DNA of 60,938 bases from positions 55,482 through 116,419 of the forward strand of contig PMBS01000138.1 in the NCBI GenBank assembly GCA_003153015.1, written 5' to 3'. The notes under the pieces were generated by a model. That model was not told the origin of the DNA, made no database searches, and saw only the letters and a list, made by a program, of their open reading frames with translations. This DNA is from Myxococcales bacterium. Lineage in GTDB: Bacteria > Myxococcota_A > Polyangia > Fen-1088. Shown piece by piece: positions 43,869 to 52,841 of the stretch; position 1 is the stretch's first letter, and the number at the start of each line of letters is the position of its first letter. Both the position numbers and the translations under genes were made by a program.

Positions 43869-46118
43869 CTACGCGCGCCGGCGCAGGACCACCAAGGCCA
43901 ACGCGAGGGATAGGATGGACAGGAGCGCGCCTGGAATCAGCAAGGTGGAGTGAAAATGGAAGATGATCTCCTGCTTGCCGGCGGGAATGGGCACGGCTCG
44001 CATCCAGGCGTTGGCGGGCAGGCAGGGAATTTCCCGCCCGCCCACCTGCGCCGTCCAACCCGGGTAGTAGGCCTCGCCCAGAATCAGCAGTGCGGGGTGC
44101 GTGGCCTCGACCTGGACGGTGATCATCTCGGGGGCGAAGCGAGAAACACGGGCGCTTCCCTGGAATCCCTGCACGGGGTTGGCCGGCAGTGACGGAACAT
44201 CCTCCTCCACCAGGGCGACTTGGCGCAGATCGGGACTGCGCAGCACGGCCCGCAGCACCTGCACAAAGTCCCCGGGAACGACCTGCGCAGCCCCCACCAC
44301 TTGTGCGCGCGGGGCCACGGTCACGGCCTGGGCCAGGCGAAGGGTTTGGGGATCCAGTCCCAACACCAGTGAGGTGTCGGGCAGCGGGAACGGGCTGCGA
44401 TACACATTGGCGGCGGGGAAGGCGACTGCGGTGGTTGGGACCTCCAATCCCGCTGCCTGGTGGACATAGCTCCAAGTCCGCTCCAGCCACAGGCCGCTGT
44501 AGCCCGAGAACGTGCTCCATCCGAGGCGCATTCCGGCGTTTTCTCGGGCAAAGGGAAAAGGCAGCGACACGCGCGGCGGGGACTGGCCTTGCTGCAGCAG
44601 GCCCTGGTGCGCCAGGATTTCGGCCACCGGGCGCTCGGCCGGGTATTCCCGCCGTGTGACCAGCGTGCCGTAGCTGACGTGGGTGCCCAGGCCAAGTTCG
44701 AACAGGGTCAGGCCAGCCAGGGCGACGGCGAGGGTCGTGCGTACCGACGGCCGCAGGGCCTGCCGGTCCAACCACAAGAAGCAGAGCAGGCCCAGAGCCA
44801 GAGGTGGGGCAACCCGGGCTGCCGGATTCATCACCTGGCGAGCCGTCGGATGGATCAGCGCAACCAAGGCCGCCAGGCACGACAGGACGAGGACCAGGAT
44901 ACGCCCGCGGCGCGCTGCCTGCGCCTGCTCCAGCAGCAGACCAGCCAGCAGCAACAGCGCAACCACCGTCCACATCCCAAAGCGGCCATGCACGCGGAGG
45001 AGGGACAGGCCGGGCAGCAGGTGAACTGCGGCTCCAAGCAGGGGTGTGGCCGTGCCCAGGGCCAGCACGGTGGCAAATACGGCCAGGGCGGTCAGCGCGC
45101 GGGCGTTGCGATCCCGCCGCACCAGCATCCCGCCCACGCCCAGCGCAACCACCGCGCTTCCCGAGAAAAGGTGGTCGCTCCAGTTGCCCACCGGTACGGG
45201 AAACAGCAGCGACGCCAGCCCTTCCGAACCCAAGGACCAGGCGCCCGCCAGTTTCAGGCTGCGCGCCTGTCGGTTGCCTTGGGTGACAAGTTCGAGGAAA
45301 GGCAGGTACTGGGCCGCGGCCAGCAGGGATGCCCAGGCATGCGCAGCCAGCCATGCCAGCAGCGGCGTGGCCCATAACCGCAGCGACTGTGGCCAGCTGC
45401 GCAACTGTGGCCAGCCGCGCGCCATTAGGAACACCGCCACTCCCACCGCCTGCATCCAGAAGAGCTGCGGATGGGTGCCGAGAAGCTGCAGGGCCAGCAG
45501 CAAGGCCAGGCCGGTCAGCCGACGCAGAGAAGGCTGGTCCTGCAGGCGCATGGCCAGACGCAGGACCAGCGGTAGGTAGGCGATCCCCTGGAACCACAGC
45601 ACCTGTCCGGAAGCAAGCGGAGCCGACACGGCGCCACAGGCCACGAAGGCCAGCGCAACGGCTGCGGCCACAATTCGGCCCATGCCCAGCGCGCGGGCCA
45701 GCAGGGCCATGCCCGCGCACAGCAGGCCGGCGTGGAGCAACAGCAAGACCGCCGCGCCCGATTCCGGGGCCAGCGCCAGGTACAGCAGGTGGGGCGGGTA
45801 GAGGAACGCTGTCTCCACGTCGGCCAGGAAGGGCCGGCCCAAAGCCACATGCGGGTTCCACAGCGGCAAGCGCCCGGCCCGCAAGGCGCCGTAGAGATAT
45901 TCGCGATTGAAGACATGGAACCGAGTCCAGTCTTCGCTGGCAAGAAACCTGCCCGGCGGCAGATGCAACAGGCCGGCCAGCAGGGCTCCTAGCGCGGCCA
46001 GCAGAATCAGGCCCTTGCGCGAAAGGCCCTGCGGCGCATCAGATGCGAAGGCCGAAGCACGCCCCGCTGCGGGGGCGGGGTCTGCGGGTGGGGGCGATGT
46101 TGAGGGCGACTTGGGCAC
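43869..46118 (-). CDS. YfhO-like large polytopic membrane protein, paralog 2.
   Basis: GTG 46118 lies 16 bp downstream of the GT87-like stop. RLPLWNPHVALGRPFLADVETAFLYPP. Many TM segments. C-terminus ...IFHFHSTLLIPGALLSILSLALALVVLRRRA. The overlapping 680-aa ORF 43819..45861 is an alternate-frame shadow. Confidence 0.68.
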   Translation of the reverse strand: MPKSPSTSPPPADPAPAAGRASAFASDAPQGLSRKGLILLAALGALLAGLLHLPPGRFLASEDWTRFHVFNREYLYGALRAGRLPLWNPHVALGRPFLADVETAFLYPPHLLYLALAPESGAAVLLLLHAGLLCAGMALLARALGMGRIVAAAVALAFVACGAVSAPLASGQVLWFQGIAYLPLVLRLAMRLQDQPSLRRLTGLALLLALQLLGTHPQLFWMQAVGVAVFLMARGWPQLRSWPQSLRLWATPLLAWLAAHAWASLLAAAQYLPFLELVTQGNRQARSLKLAGAWSLGSEGLASLLFPVPVGNWSDHLFSGSAVVALGVGGMLVRRDRNARALTALAVFATVLALGTATPLLGAAVHLLPGLSLLRVHGRFGMWTVVALLLLAGLLLEQAQAARRGRILVLVLSCLAALVALIHPTARQVMNPAARVAPPLALGLLCFLWLDRQALRPSVRTTLAVALAGLTLFELGLGTHVSYGTLVTRREYPAERPVAEILAHQGLLQQGQSPPRVSLPFPFARENAGMRLGWSTFSGYSGLWLERTWSYVHQAAGLEVPTTAVAFPAANVYRSPFPLPDTSLVLGLDPQTLRLAQAVTVAPRAQVVGAAQVVPGDFVQVLRAVLRSPDLRQVALVEEDVPSLPANPVQGFQGSARVSRFAPEMITVQVEATHPALLILGEAYYPGWTAQVGGREIPCLPANAWMRAVPIPAGKQEIIFHFHSTLLIPGALLSILSLALALVVLRRRA

Positions 46119-46134
46119 GGAAAGATCTCGCCAG

Positions 46135-47640
46135 TCAGTCTACCTCGGGCGGCCCCAGGTTGACCCAGGAGCCTGCCACCATGGCGACGGCAACCAGCGC
46201 GGTGCCCAGCACGTACTTGTACGGCGAGAGCAAGGCGAGCGGTGCTGGCCAGGGCAAGGCGAATCGATCGGGCACGGTGGCCAGCGCCAGGCCCAGCACG
46301 GCTGTCACTTGCGATGTCGTACCCAACCAGCCTGCGGTCTGCTGCTTCCAGCGTGCGTGGCGTGCTGCGACCACGAAGCCGGCCGGCAACAGCCAGGTGG
46401 CGTTCATGGCCCAGGTCAGCGGCGCGGACAGCAGGACCACGCACCATCCGGTTTGCCACCAGGCCAGATCCTCGACGGCAAATCGTTTGCTATGGGAACC
46501 CTGAAAGGGTTCCCAAACCCTCCCGCGATGGTGCGCCGCCGGCGAAGCCGGCGGGCTCCCCACGCGACTGCTATGGGAACCCTGAAAGGGTTCCCAAACC
46601 CTCCCGCGATGGTGCGCCACGCGCGGCGCTGGCTCAGCCGGCGGGCTCCCCACGCGCCTGGGTTCATCAGCCCGGGGCCGACGGCAGGCCAAGACCAGAC
46701 CGGACAGCGCCGTCCAAAAAACCAAGGACAGGGTGCCCGGGTGTGCCGGCGCTTCGCCACCCACCGCCCACACCAACGAGCCGCGCGCGTCGAACTCCAG
46801 GCCGAACCGGCGGTAGAGGCGTCCCTGCTTGCTGGCAAGCTGGGGCGGCAGCCCGGCCAGTACCCTGCGCATGGTTTCGCGTGGCAATACATCGGACTTG
46901 GGAGGATCGTCGCCGTGGCGGGCCAGCCGCAGAGCCACCGTGTCTAGGTACTCATGGGCGACGGCCGGTGCCACCAGGCTAGAGAGGCCGACGGCCAGCG
47001 CCAGGGCTGCCAGCGCGCTGCCCGCGACGGCCCACTGACGGCGCAGCAGCAGAAAGGGCAGGGCCAGCAGGGTGTGGGGCTTGAAGACGATGGCCAGGGC
47101 CCACAGGATCCCGGCAAGCCACCGCGCTTGGGTACGGCTGGCCCACAGCGCGCCCAGCAGCAGGACCAGGACCACCACATCGATTTGTCCCCGTTCCAAG
47201 CTGAGCAAGAGCGGCCAGCAGACGGCGAGCCCCAGCGCAACCAGCGCAACGGCCCGGGTGCGCAGGGGGACGCCCGCCAGGCGTGCGCCCAAGACCACGG
47301 CCCCGCTCGCCAGCCCCAGCAGCAGCGCGGTCCACAACAGCTTGGCCGCAGCGTAGGGAAGCATGGCCAGCCCCAGGAAGGGCAGCAGCGACGGCGGCGG
47401 GTACAGGAAACGGGAAAAGGTGGTGAAACACAGTCCGTCCCAGATCGGGGGCTGGTGGCCAACCTGGTTGGTGTATGGGGATAGCCCGGCTAGCGCGGCC
47501 TCGGCGGCGGTGTAGTAGGCTGAAAAATCCACCTGCAGGCCGTAGCGGGCGAAGCCCAGCGCCAGGATCGCCAGCCGCAACAGGGCCGCGGCCAGGGCCA
47601 GAAGAAGAAGTGCGCGCAGCGCCAGGGGGGAACGTGTCAT
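46135..47640 (-). CDS. GT87/DUF2029-like polyprenol-phosphate-dependent glycosyltransferase membrane protein carrying an in-frame repeat insertion.
   Basis: ATG 47640 (MTRSPLALRALLLLALAAALL...). VDFSAYYTAAEAALAGLSPY, FLYPPPSLLPFLGLA, ERGQIDVVVLVLLL, FKPHTLLALPFLLLRRQW match the GT87 pattern. The part of ORF 46135..48537 upstream of 47640 is antisense to the LTD gene. Confidence 0.7.
   Translation of the reverse strand: MTRSPLALRALLLLALAAALLRLAILALGFARYGLQVDFSAYYTAAEAALAGLSPYTNQVGHQPPIWDGLCFTTFSRFLYPPPSLLPFLGLAMLPYAAAKLLWTALLLGLASGAVVLGARLAGVPLRTRAVALVALGLAVCWPLLLSLERGQIDVVVLVLLLGALWASRTQARWLAGILWALAIVFKPHTLLALPFLLLRRQWAVAGSALAALALAVGLSSLVAPAVAHEYLDTVALRLARHGDDPPKSDVLPRETMRRVLAGLPPQLASKQGRLYRRFGLEFDARGSLVWAVGGEAPAHPGTLSLVFWTALSGLVLACRRPRADEPRRVGSPPAEPAPRVAHHRGRVWEPFQGSHSSRVGSPPASPAAHHRGRVWEPFQGSHSKRFAVEDLAWWQTGWCVVLLSAPLTWAMNATWLLPAGFVVAARHARWKQQTAGWLGTTSQVTAVLGLALATVPDRFALPWPAPLALLSPYKYVLGTALVAVAMVAGSWVNLGPPEVD
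46489..46656. repeat. Tandem duplication (81/90-bp units) of a palindromic element (core ATGGGAACCCTGAAAGGGTTCCCA), in frame within the GT87-like CDS.
   Basis: GCTATGGGAACCCTGAAAGGGTTCCCAAACCCTCCCGCGATGGTGCGCC at 46489 and 46570. GCCGGCGGGCTCCCCACGCG at 46547 and 46637. Translated as ...HHRGRVWEPFQGSHS... twice. Confidence 0.9.
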
Positions 47641-47727
47641 CAGCCGCACATCATCGCCTGAACGCCAGCAAAGATGTGTCTCAAAACTCGCCGCAACTTG
47701 GGACGGGTCCGTCCGATAAGGCAGGCG

Positions 47728-48948
47728 ATGCCTTCTTCGCGCATTTGCTCTCTGGCGCTGCTTGCCTGTGCCGCGTGCTCCCCGAATACTGACCTGGCAG
47801 CGGAACGGCATGCGCCCAGCACGCCGACTGGCGGCGTGACCACAGCCAGTGACGCCGGTGCAGTTTTCGGCCTGCCCGAGCTGGTCGACCCGCCTGCCGG
47901 TGCCGTGCAGGTACCTACAAACCTGGCGAGAATCGTTCTTCGTTTCTTCGGCCCGTTGCAGGTTCCCGAGTCCATTGCGCCGCTCAATCTCCGCGCTAGT
48001 GACGGCACCCAGGTGGCGCTCGCTCTGGGAGATACCGTTCTCTGCAGTGGCACCTGCTATGCGGCCATCCCGACAGGTACTCTGGCGGCAGCCACATCCT
48101 ACGCTGTCGAGGTCGTCGCCGATGCCTTGCACTTGCAGGGCGGCAAGCCGGTTCCTGCCGGCCAGGTGGGATCGTTCACCACGGCTGACGCTCCAGATGA
48201 ATACGCTCCTTTGGTGAGCGGTTTCGCGCTGACCATCGCCGAGGGGTGTGTGCACGCGCAGTTCATGACTGACGAGGCGGCGTGGCCCGCGATCATCATC
48301 ACCGCCGGCGTAGAGGGGGCCAGCCTGGATCTGGGCGCGATTGGCACCGAATTCGACTTCTTGACCCACCTTCCAGATCTGCCGTTCGACGTGGACGCCC
48401 AGGCCGTCGCGCGGGCCGTGGATCGCGCTGGCAACAGCGCGGATTCTTCCGTGCTCGCGCTGCATTTGCCGCCCAAGACTCCCCGGCTGGTCATCACCGA
48501 GGTGCTGGCGAACCCCGCTGGCTCCGAGTACACGCAAGAGTTCGTCGAATTGAACAACCTGGAAAGCGAGCCAGTGTCGCTGGCCGGCATGCTCATCGAA
48601 GACAAGACCGGCAGCGATGTCTTGCCGGACCTGGCAGTCCCGGCCGGCGGCTTTGCGCTGGTAGTGGCAGCCAACTTCGTCCCGGATGACGGCAAGGATC
48701 CGGTGCCGCGGGATGGCACGGTGATCGTGCGTGTGTCAGGCCGCATAGGAGCTGATGGCCTGTCAAACGATGGCGAACCGGTCAGGCTGGTCAGCGGCGA
48801 CGGCGCGGTGGTGAGCCAGTACGGCGGCTGGGTCAACGTGAGCGCCACGGCCTGGAACGGCATGAGCGTACATCGGGTCTCAGTCGACGCCTGTGATCAG
48901 CCGAGTGCTTGGACCAACAGTCCCGAGATGCCGACTCCAGGCTGGTAG
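47728..48948 (+). CDS. Lipoprotein with Ig-like N-terminal region and a lamin-tail domain (LTD).
   Basis: ATG 47728 [20 protein letters not shown] lipobox. LTD signature [44 protein letters not shown]...[14 protein letters not shown]. Confidence 0.75.
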   Translation: MPSSRICSLALLACAACSPNTDLAAERHAPSTPTGGVTTASDAGAVFGLPELVDPPAGAVQVPTNLARIVLRFFGPLQVPESIAPLNLRASDGTQVALALGDTVLCSGTCYAAIPTGTLAAATSYAVEVVADALHLQGGKPVPAGQVGSFTTADAPDEYAPLVSGFALTIAEGCVHAQFMTDEAAWPAIIITAGVEGASLDLGAIGTEFDFLTHLPDLPFDVDAQAVARAVDRAGNSADSSVLALHLPPKTPRLVITEVLANPAGSEYTQEFVELNNLESEPVSLAGMLIEDKTGSDVLPDLAVPAGGFALVVAANFVPDDGKDPVPRDGTVIVRVSGRIGADGLSNDGEPVRLVSGDGAVVSQYGGWVNVSATAWNGMSVHRVSVDACDQPSAWTNSPEMPTPGW

Positions 48949-49072
48949 CGCGCTCATCGCACGAGCCGTCGCCCGCCCGACTTCGCTCGTCACAGCGCGG
49001 TGCGTCTGCGAAGCGGCGATTTTGGCGGCCTCAAGCGGGGCATTTGCGAACGAAAAGTGCTACAAAGCCAGC

Positions 49073-49822
49073 ATGTCCGGTCACAACAGATGGTCGAAGA
49101 TCAAGCACAAGAAAGAGGCTTCCGACTCCAAGAAGTCGAAGGTCTGGACCAAGGTCATCAAGGAGATCACTATCTCGGCCAGACTTGGCGGTGGTGATAT
49201 CAACGGCAATCCCCGCTTGCGCTCGGCGGTGGACAAGGCGCGCGGCCAGAACATGCCCAACGACACCATTGACCGCGCCATCAAGAAGGGCACGGGCGAG
49301 TTGGAAGGCGTGAACTACGAAGAGTTCACCTACGAAGTCTTTGGCCCGGGCGGCGTGGCCATTTTGGCCGAGATCATGACCGACAACCGCAACCGGACCA
49401 CCGGCGAGATTCGCAACCTGCTCACCAAGGCCAATGGCAACCTGGCAGGCTCGGGCTCGGTGGCCTGGATGTTCAAAAAGCAAGGCGTGATCGTGTACGA
49501 AAAGGCCCATGTCGACGAGAATAAGCTAACCGACGCGGGCATCGAGTTGGGTGCCGATGACGTGCGCAGCGAGGATGAGGTGTTCACTGTCATCACCGAG
49601 CCCAAGGAATTCGAGCGCATCCGCGACGGCCTGAAAAAAGCCGGCATGCCTGCCCCGGCCTCTGCCGAAGTGACCATGGTGCCACAGAACAAGACACACC
49701 TGGCGGGCAAGGAAGCCGAATCCGCGCTCAAGCTGCTCGACATCCTGGAAGACCACGATGACGTCCAGAACGTGTACTCGAATCTGGATGTGGACGAGGC
49801 CACGCTGGCCAACATGTCCTAG
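49073..49822 (+). CDS. yebC: YebC/PmpR-family transcriptional regulator.
   Basis: [76 protein letters not shown] is a near-canonical YebC N-terminus. Confidence 0.92.
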   Translation: MSGHNRWSKIKHKKEASDSKKSKVWTKVIKEITISARLGGGDINGNPRLRSAVDKARGQNMPNDTIDRAIKKGTGELEGVNYEEFTYEVFGPGGVAILAEIMTDNRNRTTGEIRNLLTKANGNLAGSGSVAWMFKKQGVIVYEKAHVDENKLTDAGIELGADDVRSEDEVFTVITEPKEFERIRDGLKKAGMPAPASAEVTMVPQNKTHLAGKEAESALKLLDILEDHDDVQNVYSNLDVDEATLANMS

Positions 49823-49840
49823 CAGAATCCGGCCGCACGC

Positions 49841-50344
49841 ATGTCCGTAGCAGGCCGCACGCGCATCCTGGGCATCGACCCGGGAACCCTGCGTCTCGGC
49901 TACGGTGTCGTCGACCGCATCGGCAATGCGAAGTTGTCCTACGTCGAGTGCGGCGTGATATCCGCGCCGCCCAGGCAGCCGCGCAACCAGCGTCTGTTGA
50001 CTATTGGCCGCGGCCTGTGCGAGCTGCTCGACGAGCTGGCGCCCGACGAAGTGGCGATGGAGCAGGCGTTCTACGGCAAGAACGTGCAGGCCACCCTGGC
50101 GTTGGGCGAGGCGCGTGGCGTGGCCCTGTTCGTGGCCGGTGACCGCGGGCTGCCGGTGGTCGGCTATGCCCCGGCACGGGTGAAGCGCACGATTGTTGGC
50201 CATGGCCGCGCGAGCAAGGCCCAGGTTGCCTTCCTCGTGCGTGCTCTCTTGACCATGCGCCGCGCACCCGAGGCTGACGCGGCCGACGCCCTGGCCATCG
50301 CGATCTGCCACGCCCGCCTGGGGGGTGCGAACTTGCGGCTGTAG
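49841..50344 (+). CDS. ruvC: Holliday junction resolvase RuvC.
   Basis: ILGIDPGTLRLGYGVV, VAMEQAFYGKNVQATLALGEARG, AKAQVAFLV, EADAADALAIAICH. Confidence 0.92.
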   Translation: MSVAGRTRILGIDPGTLRLGYGVVDRIGNAKLSYVECGVISAPPRQPRNQRLLTIGRGLCELLDELAPDEVAMEQAFYGKNVQATLALGEARGVALFVAGDRGLPVVGYAPARVKRTIVGHGRASKAQVAFLVRALLTMRRAPEADAADALAIAICHARLGGANLRL

Positions 50345-50753
50345 CGTGCCCTTGGCCCCGGATGTGGTCGTTGTACTCTCGCAGGCCTTCCAGGCTGACC
50401 TGATAGTAGACCGGCCGACGAAGCGCGACGATCTCCGCGAGCTGCTGCTCGGGCACCGGGTTGCCCAGGATCGAAATCGGACAGCCGCTGGCCGCTGCCG
50501 CACGATACACAGGCAGAAAGTGCGGATAGAGGAACGGGTTACCGCCGGTCAAACAGAACTGGCCGCTCACCCGGCGCGCGCGGCAGAAGCCCAGGAAATC
50601 GTCGAGGATCCGTTCCGCATCGGCCAGGCCCAGGGCTTGGCGTGAAGATCGATCGTAGCAGTGCAGACAGCAAAGCTCGCAGGCATTGGTCAAGTGCCAC
50701 TGCAAAGTGAACGAGGACGCCTTGCGTCCGAAGAGCCGGCCATCACGGAGCAT
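50345..50753 (-). pseudogene. Truncated radical-SAM (peptide-maturase-like) gene. Only the ~136 N-terminal codons lie outside ruvC.
   Basis: ATG 50753: MLRDGRLFGRKASSFTLQWHLTNACELCCLHCYDRSS (CX3CX2C), FCLTGGNPFLYPHF, ISILGNPV, YYQVSLEGLREYNDHIRGQGH. Beyond 50344 the open frame is antisense to ruvC and becomes Arg/Pro/Gly text (track ORF 50001..50753). Confidence 0.6.
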
Positions 50754-51097
50754 GCTGCGGTTACTCTACACGAGCTGCGAGAGCGATTCCGTCTCGCCAG
50801 CCCCGCGCCGCTGAGAACACAGAGGCGAGAGGGGAGGGCGCAGAGGATTTCGAGACAGGGATTGTCTCGCGAAACTAGCCACAGCAGCCCAGGTAGGGGT
50901 AGGCTCCTGAAGGTGCCGCCCTCTTTACTGCTCGCCTCACGTTTCTGCGCAAGCAGCGACGATTTTCTCGGAACACCCGAACATCACGGCGTTTTCTCGG
51001 ACTCTGCGGCCTCCCCGCCAACCTTTGTGTTCTCACCGGTGGGTGGCTGTCGAGATGAATCACCTCACGCCGTTTGGTCGCAGCCGTCAGGCTTCCG

Positions 51098-51706
51098 ATG
51101 ATTGCTTCGCTGCGCGGCACCCTGCTTGAGAAGAACCCCGACACCGTGGTGATCGAGGCCGCCGGGGTGGGCTATGCCGTGACGGTCACCGCAGCCGCCC
51201 AGCGCGCGCTGCCCGCCCCGGGCGCCGAGGCGCGCTTGTTCATCCACACCCACGCGGTACAAGACGGTCCCCTGCAGCTTTACGGATTCGCTGATCACGA
51301 AGAGCGCCGCGTGTTCGAGACATTGCTCACCGTGCAGGGGGTTGGTCCCAAGGTCGCGGTTGCCATCCTGTCTGGCTTTCCCGTCGGGGACCTTGTCCGC
51401 GCCATCCGCGCGGCTGACCTGGCCACCCTGACCAGGATTCGCGGCGTGGGGCGCAAGACCGCCGAGCGCTTGGCAGTCGAACTGCGCGACAGGATCGGAG
51501 TGCCGGCGGGCGCGGGCCGCGAGCCGTCCGGGTTCTTCCCGCTGCCGGGGATCGTGCCCGCTGGCCGGCGGGGCGAGGTTTTCGGCGCCCTGCAGGCGCT
51601 GGGCTATCGGGTGAACGAGTTCGAGGCCATCCTGTCGGCGCTCGACGAGAGCAAGCCAACGCCTGACCTCATCAAAGAGGCGCTGGCGGTCATGAGGAGG
51701 AAGTGA
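51098..51706 (+). CDS. ruvA: Holliday junction DNA helicase subunit RuvA.
   Basis: [64 protein letters not shown] 51098. Confidence 0.92.
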   Translation: MIASLRGTLLEKNPDTVVIEAAGVGYAVTVTAAAQRALPAPGAEARLFIHTHAVQDGPLQLYGFADHEERRVFETLLTVQGVGPKVAVAILSGFPVGDLVRAIRAADLATLTRIRGVGRKTAERLAVELRDRIGVPAGAGREPSGFFPLPGIVPAGRRGEVFGALQALGYRVNEFEAILSALDESKPTPDLIKEALAVMRRK

Positions 51707-52794
51707 TGGCGCGCAAGCGACACGACGATGGACCCGCTCCCGCCGACGGCGAGCCCGAGTCACGCGTGGTCTCGCCCGAAGCGGATTCGCCCAAGGAGAA
51801 GGCGATGGACGTGGCGTTGAGGCCGACGTCGTTCTCCGAGTTCGTCGGGCAGCGCAAGGTAGCCGAGAACCTGGAGGTCTACGTGGCCGCGGCCAAGAAG
51901 CGCGGCGGGACCTTGGACCACGTGCTGCTTTCGGGCCCTCCGGGCCTGGGCAAGACCACCTTGGCGCACCTCTTGGCCTACGAAATGGGCACCCAGGCGC
52001 GCGTGACCTCAGGGCCGGCGCTGGAGCGCAAGGGCGACCTGGCCGGTATCCTCACCTCGCTAGGCCGCGGCGACGTGCTGTTTGTCGATGAGATCCATCG
52101 GCTGCAGCCGATCATCGAAGAGAGTCTCTATCCGGCAATGGAGGACTTCAAGATCGAGATCGTGACCGGAGTGGGGGCCGGCGCTGCTGCCATCACCGTC
52201 CCCATCGAGCGCTTCACTCTGGTGGGCGCCACCACGCGCACGGGCCAGCTCACCTCGCCACTGCTTTCGCGCTTTGGCATCGTCGAACGACTTGATTTCT
52301 ACGCGCCCGCTGAGCTGACCACCATCGTCAAACGCTCAGCCGGCATCCTGGGCATTCGTCTCGACGAGGACGGCGCGCTCGAAATCGGCCGTCGTGCGCG
52401 CGGCACGCCTCGCATTGCCAACAAACTGCTCAACCGGGTGCGCGACTTTGCCGAAGTGCGCGGCGATGGCCGGGTAACACGCGAGGCGGCCGACTATGCC
52501 CTTCGCCGTTTGGGTGTGGACGAGCTGGGACTGGACGAGGGCGACCGCCGGCTCCTGCGCGCCATCATGGAACGATTTGACGGCGGCCCGGCCGGCATCG
52601 AGTCCTTGGCTGCGGCCTTGGCTGAAGATCGGGACACCTTGGAGTACGTGCATGAGCCCTATCTCATCCAGCAGGGCTTCCTGGTGCGCACACCGCGCGG
52701 TCGTCAGGCCACTCGCCAAGCCTACGAGCACATGAAAATCCCGCTGCCATCGACTGGGCGCAGCAGTCCGAGCGGGCAGGGCAGTCTCTTCTGA
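51706..52794 (+). CDS. ruvB: Holliday junction DNA helicase RuvB.
   Basis: [15 protein letters not shown], Walker [12 protein letters not shown], Walker [38 protein letters not shown]. The ATG overlaps the ruvA stop (TGATG). GTG 51703 is an alternative start. Confidence 0.95.
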   Translation: MARKRHDDGPAPADGEPESRVVSPEADSPKEKAMDVALRPTSFSEFVGQRKVAENLEVYVAAAKKRGGTLDHVLLSGPPGLGKTTLAHLLAYEMGTQARVTSGPALERKGDLAGILTSLGRGDVLFVDEIHRLQPIIEESLYPAMEDFKIEIVTGVGAGAAAITVPIERFTLVGATTRTGQLTSPLLSRFGIVERLDFYAPAELTTIVKRSAGILGIRLDEDGALEIGRRARGTPRIANKLLNRVRDFAEVRGDGRVTREAADYALRRLGVDELGLDEGDRRLLRAIMERFDGGPAGIESLAAALAEDRDTLEYVHEPYLIQQGFLVRTPRGRQATRQAYEHMKIPLPSTGRSSPSGQGSLF

Positions 52795-52841
52795 CGATGA
52801 CTCCTTAAGATCTTCGCAAAACAAGGCGATTGAACTTCAAG

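Noticed and set aside
43819-45861. 680-aa Arg/Pro/Gly-rich minus ORF. Other very long shadow ORFs are similar: 58936..60789 (+), 32968..34380 (-), 2242..3351 (-), 26017..27135 (-), 53370..54416 (-), 31852..32967 (-).
   Set aside because: Each overlaps a gene with clear family motifs in another frame or strand (YfhO-like, tpiA/pgk, GHKL, GH88/105, VOC/AsnC/cytochrome, OmpA). Their composition (R/P/A/G-rich, no motifs) is typical of high-GC open-frame artefacts.
46489-46656. Direct repeats with a palindromic core, considered as a CRISPR-like array.
   Set aside because: There are only two units and no unique spacers of CRISPR length. The repeats lie in frame inside a CDS, and no cas genes are present in the window.
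50875-51144. 89-aa minus ORF ending ...YPYLGCCG, just upstream of the truncated radical-SAM gene. Considered as a RiPP precursor peptide.
   Set aside because: Its 5-prime end overlaps the ruvA start region. The sequence is Arg-rich and non-coding-looking, with no internal Met or SD. The maturase itself is truncated. I kept only a suggestion to scan the spacer.
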